From the human T2T-CHM13v2.0 reference genome, Homo sapiens, in the NCBI RefSeq assembly GCF_009914755.1, contig NC_060937.1: 64,000 bases of DNA; one strand, given 5' to 3'. The notes beneath the pieces are model-generated. The model made no database searches. It was not told the DNA's origin and saw only the letters and a program-made list of their open reading frames with translations. Below are positions 27,880-40,934 of the stretch, piece by piece. The stretch's first letter is position 1, and each line of letters begins with the position of its first letter. Both the position numbers and the translations under genes were made by a program.

Positions 27880-28840
27880 AATTTATAATATTATCTTCAG
27901 AATGTGGAACTTATTTACATGGTTCCAAAAGTCAAAATTATTATGGAAAGCTGTATACAGAGCAGTATCACTCCCTTCTGCATGTCTTTTATCTCACTAC
28001 TCTCCACTCTTTGTATATATTCAATTGCAGTGTTTTCTGGTTATCCTTTCTAATTTTTTAGTTTTGTAAAGATAAGCAGATAAAACTACATTTTCTCATA
28101 TTCCCTCCTGTTTTACTTAAAGATTAATACAGTGTATATAATCTTTCACACATTGTCTTTTTTTAACTTAACATGATCCTTTTCCCACAGACTCAGCCCT
28201 TTCGTTTTCTTTTCTCCTTTCCCTTCCCTTCCCTTCCCTTCCCTTCTCTCCCCTCCCCTCCCCTCCCCTCCCCCTCCCCTCCCCTCCCCTCCCTCCCCTC
28301 CCCTCCCCTCTCCTCCCCTCCCCTTGCCCTTCCCTTTTCTCTTCTTTGTTTCTTTTCTTTCTTTTCTAATTTAGTCAGTTTGATGGGCAAGCAATTGTTC
28401 TCCACTTTTAATTTTGTTTCCTAGTTAACTTGCATTTCCCTTATTATAAATGAAATTGAATACATTATAGCCATATATATACGTTGAATATATTATTTTC
28501 TTATATACCCATATGCGTGTGGGTATATTAGAACCATTTGATATTTTTTTTGTGAATTGTTCATGTATTTTGCCCATTTATCTATATTATTTTGGTCTTT
28601 TTGGCTCAACTTTTAAAAATTCTTCAAGTATTTGGAATATTATGCCATTAGGCCATTATCTAAAATGTATGTTAAAAATAGTTTCATGTAGCTTGTCAAT
28701 TGACTTTTGTCTTTGCTTATGGTGTATTTTTCTCATAAAAATTAATTTTGTATAGTCAAATTTACCAATCCTTTTTAAAATTTCTTCTTCTGAAAGTCTT
28801 TCTGTACACTCAGGACATAGAGGAAGTCACCACAAAATAT
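27880..28840 (-). mobile_element. Old L1ME-class fragments
   Basis: antisense 3' L1 motifs (ttgcatttcccttattataaatgaaattgaa, tgtgaattgttcatgtattttgccca). Confidence 0.55.
28200..28366. repeat. Polypyrimidine low-complexity tract (CCCTT/CCCCT)n
   Basis: almost pure C/T for ~165 bp. Confidence 0.95.
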
Positions 28841-31800
28841 TCTATTTTGAAGATAAAAAATCTGAGTTTTACATCGATTATTTACCTAAGCCCACAGAGC
28901 CAGTAATACCCAAGCCAAAACTTCAAATCTAAGTGATTTCAAAGGATGTGAGCAAAAGCTTCACATGGAACTGCCTGTATAAGAAGATGGTACAATAGCT
29001 GTGCCTAGGACATGAGAAGATGATGTCGAAGAGGTGATTCAAAGTCATATCAAACCACACAGTGTGATGTATAAGCATGCATTTTAAAAAGATGTGGACT
29101 TATTTTACTTTATGAGCCCTAAAACCTGGTGACATTTACCTCAATTTTGAAGGACACAAGAGGTATAAAATTATACCTGCTTTCACAAATATTTTTGGCA
29201 CACATTAACTTGGGAAAGATGTACAAAACCAATAGTACATCCAGTTCTTCACTGGCAAATAGTTTTAACATTGTATTCGTTTTCAACCAAGTTGTTTTTT
29301 GATTTGTTAATTACTATCAATAATTTGTAAATTACTGTAAGTTCTATCTTAAACTAATTTGAGGATGAAGAGATACTTGGGAGTCTTAAATTTTAGAAAT
29401 ATCCTTTTGGAATTTGTGTTTATGGCACAATAATATCGTGTGGATGTATCACCCCTCGCTTTGTGTTGTGATAGAAAAATGATACGGCTAAAACATTACT
29501 GAGGGTCATTTTCCTCAGCCTTCCTAAAAAATAAAATGTGTGTGAATCCTGGGTATTCCTTTCTCTTTTCCATTTACCTCTTGGGCTCTTACAACTGCAA
29601 AGGCTACTTAAGAATTAGCTATTCTAGTTATTAATGGTAAAATGGGAGTGTTGATACTGAATATTAAAATAACTTTTTAGTCATTTTAAGACTGCTTTTC
29701 AGTTTATTTCTTAACATAATAGTTTCACATTGGGAAAAAATAAAGCCATCAGAACATCCTCAGGAAGAAGCAGGATTTATATTATTCTAGGCTTATTGCT
29801 TGGAAATTGTTTTAGAAAAGCCAGAATTCTTCTCTGTGCCCCTCTGGGAACTTCTGCTTCTTAGTTATGGTAGGATTTAGAGCAGAGCTTTTGCACTGAG
29901 ACATCAGGGAAAAGGCTAGCATTCTCATTCCATTTCTAGTAAAGCAAAAACCAGTGTATAAAAATAAAAGCATAAAATATAAATTATGTATTAAATACAC
30001 ACCTTCTAGATTGGAGGAGTGCTTTTTAATAAAATATATCTATTAAGTTATTATGACCTGAAAACAATTATTTGTAAATTAAATACTGAAACCAACATTA
30101 TAATAAATGTGTCTACATAATTAATACAAATACCCATGCCAGTGTTTAAAATGTGGTTGGAAAATTAAATCAAAGTTCTTATTTCAGTATCACAACTATA
30201 GTACTGAAAAAGACAAACATTTACCATTATATATGATACATTATGTTAACCTACTACAGAACCTGAAATATATTATGACTTTAATAAACATGAACGTTCT
30301 TTTTTCAATATTGAAATTCGGCTATCTATAATTCATCAAAATGTATCCATGTACCAACTCTTTTAAAATCCTACATAGTAATAAGGGAAAGACAAAAGTA
30401 CTAACTCTAACTATGAAGTATATTTTCACAGTTATGACCTATATACTACTTCAAAGCGAAAAAAAAGCAAAAAGAGTCAATAAGAAATGAATCTTCTAAA
30501 TTCATTCATGCTGCTGCAAATCACAGAATATCCTTTGTTTTTAATGCTGAAGAGTGTACCATTATGTGCATATTCCACATTTTCTTTATCTTTTCAATGA
30601 CATAGGTATTTCAAGAAAAGCATGGAACGTGAACTCTGTTCTTGTGATCAAGGCTAATCTTTACCCCGCAATAGATCTCTCTGTAAATTAGTATTTTCCT
30701 GGGGAGTTCAGGCATACTCTTACACATTTTTAATATTATAAAATATGACTAAAATCTGTGTCATTTATTGTAAAATCTCGTAAAGAAGTACTTCACCATG
30801 AATTGTGTAGCAGCAAAACACAGTACTTCATAATTAGAGCATCAAAATTGGTCCATAAAGAATCTTGATGTGAACATCATCATTGTCAGTTATTAGACAT
30901 ATTGTATTCTGTCAGCTTCTTTACCACTTTCAGTTTGTCTTGCCAGGATTTTGGTATAGAGTTAATTATTTATATAAATTTTTCAACACAATGTTAACTT
31001 TAAAAAGTATTATTTTGTAAACATACTTTTCATCATAACGTTAGTTTTGAAATGTATTTATATATGGAAGCTTTGTAGAAAGACAATCATCTATAAGAGC
31101 TCAGAATCTCACAGAGAGAAAATGTTGGCACATCTGCAATTCAGTGCTGCTCCAGAGCACATTTTATAACACAAGAGCTCGGCTTAAACACGGTGCTTAA
31201 TTACTGAACAGTTATAATGAGTATAACACGGAAAAGTCATGGAATTCTGAATTTTGTAACCATTGTGAATCACTAAACTCAAGTAGCCCAGCCTTGACTA
31301 ATTCCACATTCAATTTTTCCTTTTTATTGCTCACCTAAATTATCTTATATCCTGGCCTAAGCTGTAGGTCAGAACTCTCAAAGTGTCAGAAAGGATTCAA
31401 TTGCTGCAGCAAAAAGATCATAGTAAGACTCCTTCACAGACCTAATCAGTACTATGGAACCAGGCAACACAATTATATCAAAAGAACAAAAAACAATCAC
31501 GTCTCAACATAAATGAAAGGCATGTGCATACTGAGGAATATCTTGCTCTTAGCTTTGATATTGTTCACTGGATTCCTGGTTCTACTATATCTGGCATCTG
31601 CTCTTCTTGTGTATGTAGATCAATGCTGTTGCTTTGTAATTCATTTGTATGTTTGTTGTGAAGACAGATTTGATACTATCATTCTATATTTACAAAATGT
31701 ATCCCAATAGTTTGTAGTTTTGAAATTTGCTTATTTATCTAGTGAATATTCAGCATCTAAAAATTTGGTAAGCCATTCACTTTCCACTTGGAAGTGCCTG

Positions 31801-32359
31801 GGCTGGAATATAATTTTTAGCATATTCTAGTAGGATAATCTTATATTCTGACTAACATGATAGTAAGAACAATACTTTCATTCGTAAGAAGGTGCCATCC
31901 CTCACTTGTACGCTATGTGAACAGACAAATCATTCCAAGAGAAGTGATGGATAAAACTGTGCACACGGAATTTGAAAAACTTATTTTCTTTATAGAATAA
32001 AGTGCTCAGCTCATCATAGCTTCCTTTTCTAATTTTCAAGCTAACAGACATACATAAAAATAAATTGTTTTCTGTAAACAGGTATCAATCTAAATATACT
32101 TAGTAGAGCAGTCTACAGAAGAAAATGTCCTACAGAAAACTGTTGCAGATTTATGAAAAATCTAAACTTAAAGAAATTACTATGTTTATTTGTATCAATG
32201 TATTTTAGCCACAGTAGAAAAGGATTAGAATTCAGAATCTCTGACAAGTTGGCTAATGACCACATCTTGGGAGAGACTTAACTTTTGTTGCAAAGTACCT
32301 AAATATTACCTGTTTCTCCTGGGAATCTGTTTGCCCTTCTCAATCATTTCTCCCTTTCA

Positions 32360-34260
32360 CTATTGCCATTCTCTCAACCAGAGAAATAGAATATTCTACA
32401 CTATGTATCAATTATTACTTTAATTTTCTTCATAGTTTTACCAACTATGTATCTGTAAAGAATATATTTTCTCTTTTTATAAACATTTTACAGAGTAATG
32501 TATTTTTCTGTATGTTTTTTAAAAAATTACTCAACATTAATCTTGTGATGGAGCCATGTATATTCATTATATTAATTAAGCAAAATATATTTACATGTTA
32601 CAATCTTGATGGACATTTCAGTTGTTTTCTCTTCTGAAGAGTGTTCATGTGAACATTTTTATGTATATTGAGAAGTGTTTTTCTGTAGTTCATACAAAGT
32701 AGTATAATTGATGGGTCATATTGTGAATGTAAAATGGTTCCTCAAATGGTTGTACTAATTAATACTCCTGCAAGCAATGAAGAAGTTACTCATCTTGCTC
32801 TATATTACCACTGGGAATTCTATGGCCTTTAATTTTTTGCTTGTCTACTAGATTGGATAACATCTGATTAATGTATAGGATAAATACTTTTTTCATATAG
32901 CTATTGACTCTTTATTGCTCTTTTCAAAATTGGCTATTCAAGCATTTGCCCAATTTTTCAATGTTTTTGTCTTTTTCTCTTAAATTGCAGACTACAAGCA
33001 CACAACTATGTATGCGTGTCTACATATATGTGTGAGTGTGCATGGGTACTCTAGTTGCCAATTTTATGTGTAATCTCAGTTTATCTTTCAATGACTTTAT
33101 GCTGCCTTTTATAAACATATCTTAGCAATTTCAGTGAAAAATGTATCCTTTTTTCATAATTTATGTGTTTTCTGTCCCTTATTTAGGAAATTCACTCCTG
33201 TTCCATAATTATGAATTCAATTTCCTGTATTTTCTCTATTCTTTTATAGTTTTCCTTTCACATTCAAATATTAAAAACCTAGAATTTATGTTTAATAAAA
33301 GTGTAAGCATAACTATTAAATTTCTTTCACATTTTTATTGAAATACTAATTCTTTTTTTGTTGTTGTTCATGGTCTGCAGTACTGTCTCTTTTTTTCTAT
33401 GGGTTTTTTTTGTTTGTTTGTTTTTTTATGTATTATTATTATACTTTAAGTTTTAGGGTGCATGTGCACAATGTGCAGGTTAGTTACATATGTATACCTG
33501 TGCCATGCTGGTGTGCTGCACCCACTAACTCTTCATCTAGCATTAGGTATATCTCCCAATGCTATCCCTCCCCCCTCCCCCCACCCCACAACAGTCCCCA
33601 GAGTGTGATGTTCCCCTTCCTGTGTCCATGTGTTCTCATTGTTCAATTCCCACCTATGACTGAGAATATGCGGCGTTTGGTTTTTTGTTCTTGCGGTAGT
33701 TTACTGAGAATGATGATTTCCAATTTCATCCATGTCCCTACAAAGGACATGAACTCATCATTTTTTATGGCTGCATAGTATTCCATGGTGTATATGTGCC
33801 ACATTTTCTTAATCCAGTCTATCATCGTTGGACATTTGGGTTGGTTCCAAGTCTTTGCTATTGTGAATAATGCTGCAATAAACATATGTGTGCATGTGTC
33901 TTTATAGCAGCATGATTTATAGTCCTTTGGGTATATACCCAGTAATGGGATGGCTGGGTCAAATGGTATTTCTAGTTCTAGATCCCTGAGCAATCGCCAC
34001 ACTGACTTCCACAATGGTTGTACTAGTTTACAGTCCCACCAACAGTGTAAAAGTGTTCCTATGAAATACTAATTCTTATAGAAAAAAATTCACTTAATTA
34101 GTATTTTCCCCGCCCACCCACATTTCATATCACAATTATGCGAAATAAGTTTCCATCTATTTATGAGTCTGTTTCTGGACTGTTCTTTTTGTTCCATTGA
34201 CCTTTCTGTCTATATACAATATACTTGGTGTCTTAGATTGCTGCACATTTACTCTTGATT
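32360..34260 (-). mobile_element. Old L1ME-class remnant hosting a young L1PA
   Basis: gatggacatttcagttgttttc, aaatggttgtactaatttaatactcc, gagtctgtttctggactgttc. Confidence 0.65.
33355..34061 (-). mobile_element. Young L1PA (PA2/PA3-like), 5'-truncated, with probable 3' transduction
   Basis: near-consensus antisense 3'UTR and ORF2 C-terminus (EIPFDPAIPLLGIYPKDYKSCCYKDTC); perfect 16-bp TSD tgaaatactaattctt at 33339-33354 and 34062-34077. Confidence 0.97.
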
Positions 34261-36039
34261 TGTGGTAGACAAGCCATAGCATCCATATGTTCTCCCTTTC
34301 TCATAACCTTTCATATTTTCAGGAGTATCTGGTTTCTCTTCATTTGGATGCGCTATTGATTGTTTTCTCCATGACAGATTATAGAATGGTTAATGTAATA
34401 CTTCAAAAAGTTTTTCATTTGTGCCATACATTGAAACTAATATAATTAGTCAAGTGTACCTGGGTAAAAGAATGCAGTTGTGCCCATGTGAAGTGAGCAG
34501 CCTCTGTAGGAGTCAGATATATTCCTGTCTGCCTCAAGTACTATTCACTAATTTCAAAGCTAAATGATCAATATTTTCATCTGCTTGTAACCTGTTCATA
34601 GTGCAGCCATGCTAAATGGTATACCTGTTAATTTGGGCAGTAACAATTTTGAGACATGTATTATCTAGCATTTCTTGTGTGTTAGACTAAAGTATAATTC
34701 TAGTTTGGCTAGTAATGGATCTCTTCTCTAAATAGAATTCAATTTCTGTTATCTGTTTTTTAGATAGTCTTTTGGAGGCATGGATGTTGTATTTCCTATT
34801 AATTTTGCTTGGTTTCTAGTAGAGTGTTCTATACTAAACTGTTTAATTACAAATTTGTGAAAGTTTGTATTTTTAAACAACATGTTTTTCTAGATGCAGA
34901 AACAGTATCCCAAATCTGAAATAAGAGCTGAAAGCTTTCTTCCTGTTTCTTCCTTTCTTTTCTTTAGCACTATTTATATATTAGTTCTAAAGTTTTTTCA
35001 AGTGCTATGGGCACTAGATCATGGTTAAAAGGATTATATTTTGTAATACTGCTTGAAGTCTGTGGGATGCAACTTCTCTGTAAAGATTTTATTATTGCTA
35101 AAGGCAAGAAACACTTTATTTCCAACATCAAAAGTAAGTAAGATGTTGGTCATTTTAGCAGTCCAGGAATATATAATGGAATCAGGATTACCTCAGGAGA
35201 TAGAAGTTAAGATATGTAAACTATGAAGAGTTTAAAATTGTTTTTTTTTTTTTTTTGTAGACAGTGCATAACTTTCTCTAGTCTAACTTTTTAATCCCTT
35301 CAACTCCACAGCTGTGCATGGACTATTAGAAGTAAAAGTGAATAGTCCAGGATAAACAACAGCTGCACTCCTATATTCTTGGATACAGACCCAAGTTTTC
35401 ATATAAGAGGGAATAAAATACAAGATTTGAGAAAACACTGGAGATGGTAATAAGTATATTTTCTCATATATAGAAGGAACATATTTTTAAATGTAACATT
35501 TTATATTTAAAATTTTAAATGTAAAGTTTATATACCTTCTTGTTTTATTTTAAATTTAACTGTATTATACTTGCTATAATGAAGAGACATACAAAATTAG
35601 GCTCGAGAGTATGGGCTTGTTTTCTAAATTCTAGTTTTTTACCTGTGTTTAATTGGTTGGCAATATTTTTCAGCTTTTGAATCTACATATTTGCATGCAA
35701 GATGAGAAAATATTGACCTCATTATTATTATTTAAAATAATATTTTAAAACAATGGTTTATAATGTATGCTTATTATTATATCATTGCAAAATTTATAAT
35801 ATATTATACATGTATTTTTACAGTGCTATTTAAGAAAACTTAGGTTAATAATATATACTTAGAAATTAAATAATATTTTTCTTGATGAGCTGAAAGTTCT
35901 TTTCTATTGTTATTTCTGAGTGCTATATTTTATTACATACTATATCACTTGATATTCTTACATGGAATATCAACATAGTATAGTTAGAAATATAAAGGAT
36001 ATTATTGGTACCTGCTTATGGTTTTCAGCTTCAGTATGT

Positions 36040-36380
36040 AATTCAGCTTAAATATCTGGTGAAAATATATTTCATAATTGAAGGTGAAATAAAGACATTC
36101 TCAGAAAAAGGGAAAATGAGAGAATCTGTTACCCACAGATGTGTTTTACAAGAAATGCTAAAGGAAGTTCATCAGAATGAAGGAAAATTATACCAAAGGG
36201 AAACTGAAATCTTTAAGTTTGAAGAAAGAGCAACATTATATGATTAAGTATAAAAGCCTATTTTCCTCTGAAATACTTTAAAATATATATTAATATTGAA
36301 ATCAAAGGTATAAGATTTGGTGGAGTTTTCAATGTAAGTAAATTTTAAACTTATGAAAAATATAAAATAAATGGGAAAAC
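36040..36380 (+). mobile_element. L1M ORF1 C-terminal fragment
   Basis: peptide EGEIKTFSEKGKMRESVTHRCVLQEMLKEV resembles the L1 ORF1p C-terminus. Confidence 0.75.
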
Positions 36381-36778
36381 AAACCTAAAAAAAAGAATGT
36401 TCTAAAGGACACACTTTTTCATTTTTCTAGTTATGCATCATCAAATTTTGTATACATATACTAATAGAATCATAATCTAAGGTGACATAAATTATTCTGT
36501 TCTTAAGGTGAGTGGTTTTATATTCACTCTATTTTTTTTCCAGAAGATTCCTTTTATATGTATACCTTGATAGTAGGGCATATTATTATTATAAATTATA
36601 TTATGCTTATTATTATACATTATAGGCTTATTATTATACATTATATTATTATTATTTAAAATAATGGTTTATATGTATGCTTTTTTAAACCACACACTTT
36701 TAAACCCCTATTCTAAATAGAAATTACAATTAAATTTTATAGACTTTAAACCAATTTCTAATATATTCTCTAGAATCG

Positions 36779-39049
36779 TCTATTAGTGTGTTCTCATGCT
36801 GCTAATAAAGACATACCTGAGACTGGGTAATTTATAAATAAAAGAGGTTTAATTGACTCACAGATGTGCATGGCGAGGGAGGCCTCAGGAAACTTACAAT
36901 CATGGTGCAAGAGGAGGCAAACATGTCCTCCTTCACATGGCAGCAGCAAGGAGAAGTGACAAGCAAAAGGGGAAAAGTCCCTTATAAAACCATCAGATCT
37001 TGTGAGAACTCACTATCACAAGAACATCAGCATGGGGGTTACTACCCCCATGTTTCAATTACCTCCCACCAAGTCCCTCTCATGACATGAGAGGATTATG
37101 GGATCTAAAATTCAAGGAGAGATTTGGGTGGGGACACAGCCAAGCAATATCATTCCACCCCAGCCCCTCCCAAATCTCATGTTCTCACATTTGAAAACAC
37201 AATCATGCCTTCCCAACAATCCCCTAAAGTCTTATCTCATTCCAGCATTAATTCAAAAGTCCAAGTCCAAAGTATCATCTGAGACAAGACCCTCCTGCCT
37301 ACGAGCCTGCAAAACCAAAAGCAACTTAGTTACTTCCCAGATATAATGGGGGTACAGGCATTGGGTAAATACATTTGTTGCAAATGGCCAAAACAAAGGG
37401 GCTACAGGCCATCTGCAAGTCCAACACTGAATAGAGCAGTCATTAACCCTTAAAGTTCCAAAATGTTCTTCCTTGACTCCATGTCTCACATCTAGGGCGT
37501 GCTGATGCAAGAGGTGGGCTCCTATGGCCTTGGGCAACTCCACCCCTGTGGTTACACAGACTACAGACCCGATTCCAGTTGCTTTATTGGGTTGTTGAGT
37601 GTCTGCAGATTTTCTGGGCACAGGGTGCATGCTGTCCGCGGATCTACCATTCTGTGAGTTGGAGGAAGATGGCCCTCTTCTTACAGCTCCACTAGTAAGT
37701 TCCCCAGTGGGGACTCTGTGTGGGTGCTCCAACACAACATTTCCCTTCTGAGCAGAGGTTCTCCAAAAGGGCACTACTGTCGCAGCAAACTTCTACCTGG
37801 ACATCCAGACCTTTCCCTACATCCTCTGAAATCTATGTGGAGGTTCTCAAACCTCAATTCTTGACTTCTGGGCACCTAAAGGCCCAACATCATGTGAAAG
37901 CCATGAAGGCTTGGAGCTTACACTGTCTGAAGTAACTTCCTGAGCTGTATGTTGGCCCATTTTAGCCACTGCTGAAGAAGCTGAAGCAGCTGGAACACAG
38001 GGCACCATGTCCTAAGGCTGCACAGAGCAGGGGCCCCTGGGTCCACCCACAAAACCATTTTTCTCTCCTACACCTCCAGGCTTGTGAAGGCAGGGGCTGC
38101 CATCATGGTCTCTGGCATGCCCTAGAGGTATTTCCCCACTGTCTTGGTAAATAACATTTATCTCCTCGTTATTTATGCAAATTTCTGCAGTGGACTTGAA
38201 TTTCTTTTCTGAAAATGGGGTTTTCTTTTCTGTCACATCATCAGGCTGAAAATTTTATAAATTATTATGCTCTGCTTCCTCTTGACTGCTTAGCCATTTA
38301 GAAATTTCTTCTACAATATACCCTAAATCATCTCTCTCAAGTTCAAACTTCCACAGATCTCAAGGGCAGGGGCAAAATACCACCGTCTCTTTGCATAGCA
38401 AGAGTGACCTTTACTCCAGTTCCCAAAAAATTTCTCATCTCCATCTGAGACAACCTCAGCCTGGACTTTATTATCCACATCACTATCATTATCAGCATTT
38501 TGGTCAAAGCCATTCTACAGGTCGCTAGGAAGTTCCAAACTTTCCCACATTTTTCTATCTTCTTCTGACCCCTTCGAACTTTCCCAACCTCTGCCTGTGA
38601 CCCAGTTGCAACATTGCTTCCACATTTTCAGGTATCTTTACTGCAGCAGTCCACTACCCAGTACCAATTTACTGTATTAGTCCTTTCTCATGCTGCTAAT
38701 AGAGACGTATTGATAACTGGGTAATGTATTGAGGAGTGAGGTTTAATTGACTCAAGATCCACATGGCTGGAGAGGCCTTAGGAAACTTACAATCATGGCA
38801 GAAGGGAAAGCAAACATGTCCTTCTTCACACGGCAGCAGCAATGAAAAGTGCAGAGCAAAAAGGGGAAAGCCCCTTTTAAAACCATCAGATTTTGTGAGA
38901 ACTCACTCACTGTCACAAGAGTAGCAGCATGGGGGTAACTGCCACCATGATTCAATTACCTCCCACCAGGTCCCTTCCAAGGCACATGGGGATTATGGGA
39001 ACTACAGTTCAAGATGAGATTTGGGTGGGGACACAGACAAACCACATCA
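36779..39049 (-). mobile_element. Full-length THE1 (C/D-like) MaLR: 3' LTR 36779-37152, internal 37153-38672, 5' LTR 38673-39049
   Basis: two homologous ~375-bp direct LTRs, ~1.5-kb THE1-int, 5-bp TSD aatcg/aatgg. Confidence 0.95.
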
Positions 39050-39467
39050 AATGGATACTTGCAGCAATTCACTAAATAAGCATGGTTCTTTCATGTTTCA
39101 ATGGATGTTCGATGTTCACAGTATACATAAGCAGTCAGATACCAATGTGCACATGTAAGCCTTACAACTCTTTACCTATTTTTCTAGATTCCAGAGTTGC
39201 TACATAGTATTTCAATGTTCATTTTTCACAAAAAAGAAAAAATGATGTGAGAAAAACAGTTAAGACTAACGTGAGGAGATCTAGATAAGCTCAGATTTTG
39301 AACTCTTGTATCGAATACTCCTATTTTCTCAATGTTATCTAAGTAACAAAGAGGCAAAAAACACGGTAGCAAGTTGGTGTTAGAACCAAAAGCAAATTTA
39401 AGTCTCTTCAAATGCCACAAACTACAAAGAATTTAATGGAAAAGACAAGATGGGAGAGATTTCATAG

Positions 39468-40581
39468 TGAAGGCAACAGTGGCCTGTCTGGAGTGGCCAC
39501 TGCCATGATGCCAGCAGCAGTGAGGAACACCTGGCCTCTCCTCACTCCCAGCACCTACTCTGATTTTGGAGCAAAGTTATGGACAAGCTTGGACACTGTC
39601 ACAACCCAGTCAGGTGTGTGCATGCTCGGGGCAGCACTGTCATGCCAGCCCCCTGGCACCTCGTCCCCCTCCAGACTTTGGGTGCCAATAAGTATGGGAG
39701 AGGTGACAAGGGAGCAGCTTAGCATGGGCTTGCAGGCATTCCTTGGCATGAACAGCCTGGGTGCTGTGGGCACTGTGGACAGAAGATTAATGATAGTGGG
39801 AGGCAGACAGGCTCCTGGGTGGAAAGGGGCGGGTCCCCGCTGAAACCCCACTTTTAGGCCAGGGACCCCTGAAGCCTAGGGACCAGAGTGAGAATTTATG
39901 GTACTTTTCCTGGGCCCACTCATGGCCACCCATGGACCAATCGACATGTACTTCCTCCCTTCTGAAGCCCATGAAAACCCCAGACGAGGGTAGACGACGG
40001 GACAACCTGCCTGGAGAGAGGAGCTGCCCGCTGCGATTCTCCACCGAGCTGTTCTGTCATGCAATAAGGCTCCTCTCCACTTGCTCACCCTCCACTTCTC
40101 AGTGTACTTCATTCTTCCTGGACACGGGACAAGAACTCATGACCCATTGAATCGTGAGGCTGAAAGAGCTGTAACAAAATCAAGGCTGAAATGCACCCCT
40201 TGCTCACCACCTTGTGGGTGAAGAGAAGAGAGGAGAGAAGAGTAGTGGCTCTTCAGGGAGCCGAGTCCTAAGAGCTCCCTGAGCCAGGGCTGTGACACCC
40301 TCTTTAGGGTTCCGCATTCCTGGCATTTCCAGGTTTCCAAGTGCCATCGTGTTCCCTGGTGCCAGCCATGGAAGCTGCCTGTGGTACACCTGGTCCAGCT
40401 GCAACCTCGCAGGGAACCAAAGCTTATGCTGGTGGCTGGAGCTGTTTGCCCTGACAAGTGCAGCCTGCTAGGCTGAGGGGCAGAATGAGTCCAATGGGCC
40501 TGAGTAAAACTCAGGCAAAGGCACCACCCCAGCCACAGAGGTTTCCAGCTGGAAAAGCCACACCTCGAAGATTCTGTGACA
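39468..40581 (+). mobile_element. MER52-family ERV1 solo LTR
   Basis: start tgaaggcaacagtggcctgtctggagtggcc, internal catggccacccatggaccaatc, end gattctgtgaca; TSD atag/atat. Confidence 0.88.
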
Positions 40582-40810
40582 ATATCACTGGTTTAAATTT
40601 CCATTAATTCATTTCTCAAATCTTCCCTGAGTATCTACTTGTTTCAGGCAAGTTTTTAGACATTGGGCTTTAAGGAGTATCTTTCCTAAGGGGGGATACA
40701 CAGTTGTATAAATAGGTAGGTAGATAAACTGGCAGATATTGAAAGAGGCTAGAAAAAAGTAGATGATTAAATAATGACAAGATAACTAATTTTAAAAGCG
40801 CATAAAGCAT

Positions 40811-40934
40811 TATTTTATTTTTCTAGAGATGAGGTCTCACTATGTTATTGCACAGGTCGAAGTGCAATGGCTATTCCCAGCTATCGCCTTAGTGTACTAC
40901 AACCTCAAATTCTTGGACTCAAGCTCTCCTCCTG
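40811..40934 (-). mobile_element. FAM-like fossil Alu monomer
   Basis: gtgcaatggctattcccag segment characteristic of FAM/7SL-derived monomers. Confidence 0.7.

Noticed and set aside
28173-28424. Pro/Ser-rich and Gly/Glu/Arg-rich ORFs
   Set aside because: Translations of the (CCCCT)n low-complexity tract
37253-37774. 173-aa ORF as a gene
   Set aside because: Lies within THE1 internal sequence; remnant of the MaLR internal ORF
39412-40457. GC-rich region with several overlapping ORFs as a CpG-island gene
   Set aside because: Explained by the MER52 LTR; CpG-depleted and no recognisable protein
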